Positions 9,562 through 20,081 of a DNA stretch of 31,759 nt are shown in pieces; position 1 is the first letter of the stretch, and each line of letters begins with the position of its first letter. A program made the translations under genes and the position numbers. The notes under the pieces were generated by a model. That model searched no databases. It was given only the letters and a program-made list of their open reading frames with translations, and was not told the origin of the DNA. Source of the DNA: Protoeuglena noctilucae (taxonomy: Eukaryota); the NCBI GenBank assembly GCA_958009085.1, contig OY253674.1, positions 1,240,001 through 1,271,759 on the forward strand, given 5' to 3'.

Positions 9562-10253
9562 GCAGCGGCGCAGGGCCGTGCATCTGCAAAGAGGAGGCAG
9601 ACGACTGGCGGGGCCGCTTGAGAAAAACCCAAAGAAAAGAGAGGCAAAGGGAGGGGGCGTCAACGTCACATTGACGCGCACGCAGACACGCTATCACACA
9701 CGCACGGCGCTGCTGCTGCCTGGCCTGGTGCGGTGGAGAGAGGGGCGAGGTGGCACACCGCTTGCAAGAGTGGGCGCGGCGCGACTCTGCTCGCCGGAGA
9801 GAGGCCGGTGGACCGGAAAAGTGCACAGGAAAGGACGAAGGGCAAGGGCGACGACGCGCCTCCGGCCGTGTCGGGCGGGCGCTGCTCGGTGCATGAAACA
9901 CGGCGCGCGGCCCGACACGGGGGCGCGGGATGGGGGAATGGGGAATGCAGGGAACGTGACGTGGCATGTCCCGATGCCGGGTGCGGATCGGGGCACGCGA
10001 GCGTCTCCCGTCTGCTGAGGGGAGAGCCTGTGACGCGGTGGGGCGGAGAGCCTCCGAGGGTGCGGAACAGAGCAGGGGAGAGGGAAAGGGGAGGAATGCG
10101 GTAAGAGGGCAGGCCGCGCGGGGCAGCCGCTGAGTCGGGGAGACCGGGCGCCGCACGCGCGGGGTGCCGGGAAAGGAAGGGTTCGGGTAGGGGGGGTTGG
10201 AGAAGGGAAGGGAAGGAAAAAATCGCAGCGCGACTGCGACTGATGCGAGGTTG

Positions 10254-10304
10254 GTTGCAACTGGTGCGTCGTTGCAACTGCTGTGTCGCTGCGACTGGCG
10301 TGCA
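10254..10304. repeat. Three 17-bp tandem units in the cyclase 3' flank
   Basis: gttgcaactggtgcgtc / gttgcaactgctgtgtc / gctgcgactggcgtgca. Confidence 0.6.
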
Positions 10305-10345
10305 AATGGGGCAGCGCAGGCATCCCTGCCCCCCACCGACCGCCT

Positions 10346-13300
10346 TCACCCGAGGCTGCGGCTGGGTCTCGGCAGCACCAGCATCTCCCCCGACGCCACC
10401 GTCTCCATCGCCGGGCGTGACGCGGCTGCCGGGAGAGGCGCCGTCCTCCCCAGCAGCCCCCCGTGGCCATTCGCCCCCTCTCCCCCAATCGAGTCCCGCC
10501 TCCGCTCCCCCGCCCGGTCGTCCCCGCTGACGCTGCCCTCTGTCCACCGCGTGCGCCGCCTCTGCCCCTCCGCGTCGCTGGACTGGGCGCCGGGCGACCG
10601 GGGGGCGTGGGGGGCGGGGGCGGAGGTGCGGGACTCGCGGGTGGGGGCGGGGTCGAGGGAGGCGGTGGGGGGGGTGAGGGAGGAGAGCATAGCAGGTCCG
10701 GCGTGGGGGGAGCGGACGAGGGAGGCCGCCCAGGCGCGCAGGGCCGGGTGGGTGCCATCCACAATGTACGTGGCCGTGGGGCCCTTGCCCTTCACATCGA
10801 CTTCCTCGGGGCTGCGTGGGGGGGAGAGAGGGAGGGACGTGACGGGGATGGAATGGGTGGAGATGTGAGACAGAGAGATGCAGTGGCATGACGGGGACTG
10901 GGGTGGTGGGTGGCACTGTGCAGAGCAGAGGGGGTGGTGGTGCGAATGCACTTATCGATCAACGGCATGCAGCATCGATGCCTTTCTATATTCGCCAAGC
11001 GTGTCAGTCCAAATCTCGCCTAAACAGGTCCGCGATGGCCTCCTCCCTCAGCCGCGCGTGGAAGGCGGCCGTGACGCGGATGTGCATGGGGCGGCTGGTG
11101 GACTCCATGCGGGATGCCGTGTTGACCGTGTCGCTGCGGATATCGCAGAGGAGACAAGGTGTCGATGGGGTGACCCTTACCCTCACTGTACCACTGATGA
11201 GAGACGAAGGTAGGTCACATCACAGTGCCGGCCCTCACCCCGCACCCCACCTGCACCCGCTACCACCCCATGCCACTCCGTATCCACTTACCCGACGAGC
11301 GTCATGCCCCGCTTGGTGTGTCCCAGCAGCCCCGCGCACGCCGGCCCCACGTGCAGCCCCGCGCGGATGCGGATGCCCGATCGCTCCCCCGGCCCCTCCC
11401 CCGGCAGCGGAATCGTCTCTGCGATCTCCACCATCGCCACCGCGCACGCCAGGGCACGGTCGCAGAAGTCAGGCGCGTCGGCGTCGTTCAGCCCCGCCAC
11501 CGCCACGTACGCATCCCCCACCGTCTCATACTGCGATGCAGAGGGGAGCGGGGACGGATGCAGGGACGGGGCGGGTGCTGCTTAGACCTCAGCCACGCCG
11601 ATGCTTGTCAGCTCAGCACCCATCCCCCTGCACCACACTGCCACACTGGTGTTGCCGCGCAACCACCCCCATCCGCAACCATCCTTGGCTCGCCTTGAAG
11701 AGCTTGAGCGCGTGGACGGCCGCGTCGACGCGAGTGAAGTAGTTGTGCAGGAGCACCAGCACGCGGCGGGCGTCCCAGGTGCTGACCATGCTCGTGTACC
11801 CCACAATGTCGGTGAAGAGGAAACCCATGGCGGGGCGCTCCCTGAGGGGAGACGTGGATGAGAGAGACGTGGATGGGGGGGACTGAATGGCATGGATGGC
11901 ATGGGTAGTGTGGATGCACCATGCCTGTGGGTTTGTTTGCGTGTGGCATGGCGGAGGGCGCTCGTGCATGCATGCATGCGTCTGCATGTATGCCGTCGTG
12001 TGCTCACCGGAAGAAGGGAAGGTCGTCGGCGCACGAGATGAGCTTGAAGGGGTCGGGGTTCGTGATGGAGGGGCCTGTGATGGAGCGAGAGAGGCAGGCG
12101 GTGACGACCATTACGGGCGTGCGCTGAGCAGGCAGCTGTTCACATCAGCAGGTGGCACGGGGAGACGCGGGTATGCGGCATGCGCAACGGGGCTGGCCCA
12201 ACACCCACCCGTGGTGCTGAGGTTGATGGGCGAGGGGACCGTGGTGTTGACGTGGCCGGGCAGCCCCAGTCGCGTGGCCCAGTAGGACAGCCCCCTCCCG
12301 CGCCGCCCCTTGCTGTCCGTCGGCAACGGACTCGCCCCCTCGCGGCCCCCCTCCCCAGACCAGTGCCCCATCGACAGGGCCTCAGGGGCGCCCCGCTGCG
12401 ATGACAGCGGATCCGCCGCCACCTTGCGGCCACGGGGGGTCTGCGGGGGGGGGGCAATGTGGGATGGAGGGTGATAAGCAAGGGCGCTCGCACAAGCAGT
12501 GGCAGTGGCGCCTTGGTAGCCAGCAGCCCACGCCCCTCATCACGTGCCCCTCTCCCCTCACCTTGGCGGAGAGCACGAGTGCCTCGGCTGCGTCGGGGTC
12601 CCCCACGACGTCCCCCAGGACGCGGGACTGCACGCGGAGCTGGATGCGGTAGAGGATGCGGGTGAGAGCGATGGTGAGGAGGGCGGTGGCCGTAACGACG
12701 TGCGAGAGGGGGGAGGGGACCAGGCCGCCGCGCACGAGGGCCCCCAGGATGAGGGTGACCTGCAGGGACAGCGCCGCCGCGCCGGACAGCACGGGCAGCG
12801 CTGACGCCTCCCATCCGCCATCGCAGGACCACAGGGCGGCCAGGGCGCGGGAGGCACTCTGCGGGGTGGGGACGAGGGGCATGTTTGGTGTATGCGTGCG
12901 TGAAGGGCATGCCAGAGAAGGGGAAGAGAGGGGCGCAGATGAGGTGGGTGTGGTTGCGATGACCAAACGCACCTTGGAGTAGACGAGGTCCATCCATGCG
13001 GATGGCTCCCACACGATGCATGCCACGGCCTGGAAGAGGAAGCACACGACGGCTGCAGGCGGGACGGCGAGGAGCGACAGTGGCGTGGCGGCGACTCAGC
13101 ATGAGGGGGCGGGGGTTAGGCCGGTGTTGAGTGGGCAGAGATACGGGGGGCTGACGTCCTCACCCGTGACGACGCCGACTTCGACGGGGCTCGGGAACTT
13201 GCACGCTGCCCAGTACGTGGCGTCTTGCATGCCCGCCAGCAGAGCCTGGGTTCACACACACCGAGGAGGGTGGCGTGAGCGGCGGCAGTCAGTGCGACAA

Positions 13301-14338
13301 CCCCGCCACCCGCCCTGGCTTCCAAGGACACGGCTCACCTTGGCGCCCTGCCCCAGCGCAGTGACCGCCAGCGATGCGACGTTGAGCATTCGAAACATGC
13401 GCCTGGGACCACCGGGGGGGAGGGGGCAGCTATGTCGACACAGCCGCGCAATTGAAAAACAAATCCATGTGTGGAGAAGACATGGCTGCGGGAATGTGAC
13501 GAGGTCAGTCCCCCGCCCATGCGCGTGGCTCACTGGTACCCCGAGCACGGCACGGGGGCCGTCACGAGCACCGCCACCGTCACGCTGCTGCGGATGCCGG
13601 CCTGCGGTGGGGTGAGGGCATGTTCCGCTGAGTCACGCGTGCTCCACAGACAGCCGAGTCGCACAGAGCCCCCGTGCATTTGCAAGCGTGCGGTGGGGTG
13701 TCACGCGCTCACCCACGGCGTGGTGTCGAAGAGGGGTCTGTCGTCATCCCCGTCGCTGTGCGGGTGCCTCGGCAGTGCCCCGGCCACGACATAGACCTGG
13801 GCAGCCACGACGAGGGCGGCAAGGAGCACGGAGCGGTGGTGGACGATGCGGTTGCGGGTGAGGGGGGCGGCCAGCAGCACCTGGGAGGGAGGGCGGCAGG
13901 GGGGTTGGGCAAGCGGACACGAGCGCACGGGGTCAGGTGGGGGGGCGTAAGCGAGCGCGGCGGGCTCACCAGGGCCGTGGCTGCGATGGCCCATGTCAGG
14001 ATGGTGGCCGCGGACATGAGGGCGCACGTCTGGCTCTGCGAGGGCGCGGGGGCAGTGTGAGCACGAGATTTGTGCCAATGTCCTGTCACAGCGGGACTGC
14101 TTCACTGGCCTCCATGCGACATGCCTGGAAGTTTATCTGATAAGAGGGGCATGACGCCGAACACGCCAGCAGCAGCGGGGCCAGGGCGCTCCAGACGACG
14201 ACATAGATAGCGAACCGCTGCGGGCGGGGAGGGCGAGGCCATGGGAGCCTGCGTCGCGGAGTGCGGCTGGGGAGGGGCGAGGCAGGGTTGCGCCCCCCGC
14301 CGCTTGCGGGGAAGCCATGCGCTCAGCGCCGACGACAT
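10346..14338 (-). CDS. Membrane-anchored class III adenylyl/guanylyl cyclase (single catalytic domain); start codon uncertain
   Basis: Catalytic exons encode FLFTDIVGYTSM...LLHNYFTRVD...LFK|YETVGDAYVAVAG...IRIRAGLHVGP...GLLG...LVG|DTVNTASRMEST...|SPEEVDVKGKGPTATY. Upstream exons (~12560-14060) encode several hydrophobic, TM-like segments. Stop at 10346. The structure of the 5' exons is approximate. Confidence 0.85.
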
Positions 14339-15675
14339 TCGATGCACACGGATAGAAACAAAGAAGGCGCAGAGCGCATATGGAGGCCGCAGAGATGGCC
14401 GTCGGCCCCGCAGCGGGCGTCGGCGACGCTGCACGGCATGCTGCCGACGTGCGCCTGCTCCTGGCACGGGCATTGCCAGGATGCGGCGCCTTGCACTCAC
14501 CACGGGTGTTCCTGCTGGCGCCAGTGGCTGTCCAAGGCCGCCAATCACGCCCAGGCCCCTGCGATGGGAATCGCTGCGGCCATTACCTGAGAGCCTTGCA
14601 ACGCTGCGAGGTGTATACAGGGGTCGATGCCAGGACCACGATTTCCGAGCAACCCTCGCGCTGCATCGTCGCATTGCCGGGCAAAGACGCCCGCCGCAGA
14701 GGGCGGCAAGGGCCCAAACACTTGCACGCCCCCCCGCCCCTCGGCAGGGACGCGCAACCGGATGCGGCGCCATAGAAAGCCACCGTTTTCGTCCCGTCAT
14801 GCGGGAAGGGCCGCGGGACCCCCTGCCGGCCTGCATTCCTTGCCTGGAGTGGCGAAACGAGGGGCTCCCCCCGTGAAAACGGAGAGCCGTCGTCGCCATC
14901 ACTTGTTAATCGGAAAAGGATCGCGGCGCGCAGGCCATCCATGCGGACAAAAGGTAGTTCGCCGCGCTTGCGAGTCCTCTCGGCAGAGCTAAGAGTGACG
15001 CGTGACGCGGAGGACCCGGCGCAGTCAAACGACGCAAACAAGGGAAAAGGGCGCAATGGGACTGCGCGGAAAGCGCTTCCTTCCAACGGCAATGCAGCCG
15101 CCCTGTAAAAACCGAGCCTGCTTTGCCGCCTGCTCTACGGCGACGCGCCAATCATAAAGCGGGGGCTCCACCGCCGGGCAGAAAAGGGCCGGAACGCCGC
15201 CGGCGCGCTGAACTGGCGGATTTGCAGCCAGTTGCACGAGTTGCACGCCCCAGCCCTGTCGAGGGGAACTCTCTATCCGTTTAAGTGAGACAAAAAGAGA
15301 GAACCCATCCGCGTTCGCTGGGCCCTGCTAGCTTTGCCTCGCAGCGCGGGTCAACAACAGCCATCTTCGTCCCCACATCGCCGGCTCCCGCCGCCCAGGG
15401 CGGCGCGCCTCGTTCGCAACCCGCAATTCTCATAGACTCGCGTTGCTGGCGCGCCCAAGTTCGCGCTCGTGCCGGCCGGGCGCGCGGGAAAGGCAGGCGA
15501 GATGGCGGGAGCTTGGCAACGCGGTCGACCGTCGAATCAGCCCACCGTGTAGTTTACTGGATAGAAATCACGGATTTATTTCGTTGTGGACGGCGGCACC
15601 TCCTGGATACGCCGGCAGCGACGGCGCAGGGCCTCGGCAGCTGTGAGAAGGCCACAGGTCCGCCCCGGGCGCAGG

Positions 15676-17273
15676 ATGGCGGAGGTTTTGCCGCCGATGC
15701 GGAGGGCGTTGGATCCCACGCCCTTCTTAGGAAGCATCAGCACCTCACCGGAGCTCCGGCGGCACCAGACGACCCTCCGCATCGCTGGCGAGGAGGACTA
15801 CGTCTTTGGGAACCTCGCCTTCGAGGTTGGGCGGCGAATGGAGCTGCTGAACAAGCCGCTGAGGATCAGGGTCGCCCAGTGGCTCGAGAAGCTCGCGCGG
15901 GCGCGCACGAGGCGAGTGGGCAGCCATGGCAACCTGCCCGGCCCTCGTCCACCTTGCGCTCCCCATCCCGACCGCGCCGCGCCGTCCTCCCCGCAGCAAT
16001 CGGACGTGGCAGCGCCTCCGCAACGAGTACGCGAGGGTCCTGGTGGCGCAGCTCGAGCGAGGGCGCGTCAGCGAGCCTTTCCACTCCCGCCCGCCGGACG
16101 TGAGCGCTGCATGACGTGGGCGCCGGATGCCGATGCCGCGATGCGCCACCTCGCTCGTTGAGCTGCTCGATCCGCGCCGTGCCTCACGCCACCTCTCCTC
16201 TCGCCCTCCCCCAGGGTCCCCTCCCCGAGCTCCCCCACTGGATGCGGCTGGCGGCCACGGCGGGCGGCCACCCGGCCACGCTGAGCGAGTCGGCGCGGCA
16301 GACGGCCTCCAAGCGCGCCGCGGGAGGCCCCTTCGGCTCCCACATGTACACCAACGCCGGCAGCCGCCCGGCGTCGGCAGGCGCGGGCGTCCCGGGGGGT
16401 GGCACCGACCCCGGCAGCGGCCCGCTGTCGTCCCGCGCCGCGCGTCGGCTGTTCGAGGAGGCGGCGGTGTTGCGGGGCTCCTCGGATGGCCCCTCCGCCG
16501 GCGCCGGCTCCCTGGGCCCCCGTAGCGGCAGTTACCACGAGGGCCTGTCCGGGGGTGCGCAGCGCGTGGGCAGCCGCGTGGCGCTGTCCGGGTTCGACGC
16601 CTCGCGGCTGGGCCCGCGGTCCAAGGCGGAGCTCGAGTCGGAGCTGGGGGCCAGCCGCGAGCGCAACACGGAGCTCAACTGGAAGCTCCGGGTGGCAGAG
16701 GACCGGTGAGGGAGGGAGGCGGGTCGGACTCTCGTGGACCACGTGCCTCGCGGGATGCGTTGGCGGCGCCGGGACTGTTCGCTTATTGTAATCCTCTCTC
16801 ATCTCCCACACCGCTCCCTGTCTTCGCTCCCAGTCTGCGCGACGCGTCCCTGCACCTAAGCCGCACGGTGGGCGACGCGGCGGCGCGGCGCGTGGTAGGG
16901 GAGGTGGCGGCGGAGCGGGCGTCCGCCGATGGCCTGGAGCGTCTCCTGCGCAAGAACGAGGAGAAGAGGGACGCGCTGAGGTGAGCCGCGCGCAAGTGCA
17001 AGTGCCGGGGGAGGTCAGGTGCTGTCCCGCCGCGGTGGTCTGTCTTGTTCAACATGACCGCGAGTCCGCGGTCGTTCCCGCAGGTCCACGCCCGAGTCCC
17101 TGCGGCTGTCCAAGCTCTACGGCGAGCAGCCCCTCTCAGCCTGGGCTGTGTCCTTTGGGGGCGCGTCGGATGCCACAGCCGTGTATGACGACGACGGGTG
17201 GCTGCGAGCCATGCAGGAGTTCCGAAGGCAGACGGAGCTCCTGCGCCAGCAGATCGCCCTCATCAGCCCCTGA
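15676..17273 (+). CDS. DUF4485-domain (CEP112 N-terminal-like) coiled-coil protein
   Basis: The spliced product contains RIRVAQWLEKL...T|SNRTWQRLRNEYARVLVAQLERGRVSEPFHSRPPD|GPLPELP, which matches the DUF4485 pattern (W..KL...W..RN.YA..L...G....PF...PP.GPLP.L). A coiled-coil segment follows. Last exon 17084-17273. Confidence 0.75.
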
Positions 17274-17428
17274 CACTGCCCGCTGCCACTGCCCTGCTCC
17301 CGTGTCGCTCTTGCTGCACTGCACCCTACCAGCGCCTGCCACCCTGCCCTCCCGCTCCTAGCTTCCAACTCCTAGCTTCGTTTGAATCAATCGCTGACTA
17401 ACGCTGCCTCCCCATGCATGCCCGAGAC

Positions 17429-18395
17429 TCAATGCCTCGACTTGTGTTTCTTCGCCTTCGCCTTACCCCCCTCTGCGCTCTCCCGCTTCTTTGATCGGTG
17501 CCCTTTACGTCCCTCTGCGCCCTTTCCGACCTCTCCATCCCCCTCCCCGCCCTCTGCCTCCCCATCCCTCGCATCGACCCCGCCCTCCTCCGCCAGCCCA
17601 GCTCCCCCGCCGTCACGCAAACTCGCCAGCAGCTCGTCCGCAGCATCGCCGGCCGTGCGCGGCGCCCTCCCCTGCTCCTGCTCGTCCTGCGGAGCAAGGC
17701 GGCTCACCGTGTTGTCCCACCCCACACCGCACTCATGCGCCCATCCGCCGCCGCTCAAGCCTCCCCTTCCCCACCTGCCGCGCCTCGCCCTGCCCCGCTA
17801 CCTCCCCCCGCCTCAGACGCTCTCGCTGCTCCTGATTCAGGCCCGACAGCGCGTGTGCCAGGAAGCGGTTGGCTGCCGGCACGTCCAGCGCCTGGGCCGG
17901 ACGGTTGCGGACCAGGAAGTCATCCTCCGCTGCCGCATGCAGCCTCCTCACGCGAATCTCAATGCGCTCCCAGTCCTGCGCTTGATAGGGGGCAAGGGAT
18001 TCGCCGGATGGATCCCCAAAATTGATGTGTGCAGTAGCAAACGTAGCCACGAGCATGCAGCACCTTGCACAGGTCTTGGTGGCTCGTGGGGTCCTCGCCG
18101 CAGACGCGCAGATACATGGAGAACAGAGTGTGCATCAGCCTGGCCCCTGCGATGTGCACCTCGGCCCGCCGGAGCGGGGGCAGCTGCCGCTCGACCTCGG
18201 GAGGGACGGCGCCCGTCAGCGCATCGACGGCGGCCTCCACCTGTGGTACACAACATGTCTGGTTAGTCAGATGCACGCAAAGCGCGCAGCGCACCCAAGC
18301 AGACGCGCCGGGCACGGCCGCACCTTGCCCAGCGCCGCAGCAAAGGCGTCCAGCTGCTCCTGAACCTTCTTCGGGACCTCGACCAGGGCGTCCAT
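17429..18395 (-). CDS. C1D/Rrp47 family (Sas10/C1D domain) exosome cofactor
   Basis: MDALVEVPKKVQEQLDAFAAALGK|VEAAV...TLFSMYLRVCGEDPTSHQDLCK|DWERIE...ALDVPAANRFLAHAL, followed by a basic K-rich tail (KKRES...KAKAKKHKSRH). The YL...G.DP..H and AA.RF..HAL motifs are typical of C1D. Confidence 0.8.
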
Positions 18396-19245
18396 TGCTG
18401 AAGGCTTGTGCGGCTGTCCAGGGGTGCTCGTTTGGGCTAGCGGATGCGGGGCCTGAAGCGTGGAGCGTCTTTAAAACGGTTCGGCGACCTGGCTATCACC
18501 CCTGGCGCACAGATGAGGGCCGGCGGCGGATGGATCCATCAAATAGCTTATTGTCATCGTCTAAACACGCATTGAATTGAAAGGCCGCCGGTATCAGCCT
18601 CTGGCACGCGCCGTCAGAGCTGGTTTCCGTCCACCGTGATCAACAGCCCCGCCCCAGGTGCGATTGCGTGGCATTACTCACATCGTGCGTCGAGGAGCGG
18701 CTAAGTGTGCCTAGTGGGCGACGCGCCGCCCCTGCCCGCTCCAAGCCGCTCTGTCCACTCTTACCATTCAGAGACGCTTCTTCTGGCGACGTACGTCTGC
18801 CGAGGTGAGACCGCCAGCTCTTGCTCCGCCCTGCCTGCTCGGATGGCGCCAGGATGCGCGGAATGGCGGCTGTTGCCGTCCCTGCGTCCCTCCGCCCCCC
18901 CGGGACCACCTGGGGCGCATCCGTTGCTCTTCGCGCGGCAAAGTTTCCACGGCGCTGCGCGGTGTCCCGCGAGCCGGCACGCCCGGCGTCCCGCGACCCC
19001 CGAACCCCCGCGCCGGATGACGATGGACGACATTTACCATAGAACGACTTGTCTGAGGCGCTCGCGTCTCTGACGAAACAATCGTCATGCACCACCAACC
19101 GACGGCTGCGTTCGGGGCTTCCGGGGGCTTTGGCGGAGCTGTGCTGCCTGCTGTTGTTCCTCGCGCGCAAACCCAAGCGCCGCTGCCCCCGTCATGCGCA
19201 GGCGCCGCTGGACCTGCTGAACGAGCCCATCGTTTTCGCATAGAG

Positions 19246-19608
19246 GTGAGCGGGGCCCGAAGGGTCACCATCGGCGCCCGCAGCGTCTGCCGCCGTCCGC
19301 CCCTGGGCAGGGCGGCGCCGGGCCTGCGGCCGGGACCCCGCGCGCCGCCGCGCCTCGGGCGTAAATCCGGGCGCGGCGGTGGGTTCCGGCGACGCTGTGC
19401 GCCGGGCGAAAGTCCCCGGGCTCTTTGGTAGAGAGTACCACCCCGCAAGGGGAGGGCCGCCGCCTGCCCCGCCTGGGGCCTCGGTCCCTGCGCCGGGGCG
19501 GCGGCGCAGCTCGCCTTTCTGCCGCCTCACGCGGGCGGCGCCGCTACAGTTATGTGGCCGGTGTGCGAGTGGCACACGAACTCAACGGGGCTCACTCTCG
19601 GTGCTCAC
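19246..19608 (+). ncRNA. RNase MRP RNA
   Basis: CR-I GAAAGTCCCCG (19408-19418) pairs with CR-V AACTCAACGGGGCTCAC (19579-19595) to form P4. P8 hairpin ggta-GAGAG-tacc carries the MRP-diagnostic GARAR loop (19427-19439). P9 is cccc-gcaa-gggg (19441-19452). CR-IV is TACAGTTAT (19545-19553). P1 is gtgagc/gctcac (19246-19251/19603-19608) and P2 is gtcaccatcggc/gccggt..gtggc. Ends are approximate. Confidence 0.92.
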
Positions 19609-20081
19609 GCTCACACTTTCCCTGGGCCCTCCCAGGTTTCGCTTTGGCGCCTGAAATGGCATGGCGGCAAGCGCGGTCGCTCGCACAGGGGGTCCCAGGT
19701 GCGCGTGGTTCTGCTCGGGTTGTCACCGTGCATGCTGTGATTCGGGGCCGCTGCGGGATGACGATGTCAGACCCACAGACCTGTGCTGACGGGCGGGCAG
19801 GTGGCCCGCCCGCTGACTGAGAAAACGTCGTTTCATGCACCACTCCGACCGCTGGCGCCCCGCGGAGCGTGGCGTGGGGTGACGATTGCAGCTGCCGCGG
19901 TGCGCAACGCCCGTCCCTTGTTGCTCCTCCCTTGCAGGCGCATCGGACAGGCGGCGACTTCAGGCTCACTTTGCCGAGATCCAAGCCTCACACCCGTGTC
20001 TGTCGACACGCTCACTCTGGAAGCCCCTTGCTCGCTTCAACACTCCCGCACCGCTACTCGACCCAACCCCTCCCCGTTCCT

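Noticed and set aside
9536..10916. Long minus-strand ORFs of 266-416 aa (and similar long P/R/G/A-rich ORFs throughout, e.g. 226-1023 +, 2820-3764 +, 21314-22408 +)
   Set aside because: These are low-complexity shadow or antisense frames expected at this GC content, with no recognisable motifs. The true coding exons lie in other frames or on the other strand.
14900..15570. ncRNA in the gap between the cyclase and DUF4485 genes
   Set aside because: Only short stems (e.g. aactggc/gccagtt) and a gttgcacg duplication are present, which is consistent with an ordinary divergent promoter/5' UTR region.
19066..19090. Hammerhead ribozyme core (CTGACGA, GAAAC)
   Set aside because: The motifs overlap, leaving no stem II, and I found no compatible stems I and III.
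18640..19176. Protein-coding gene between C1D and RNase MRP
   Set aside because: No ORF shows family motifs or a convincing exon chain. I cannot exclude a small gene, but I cannot support one.
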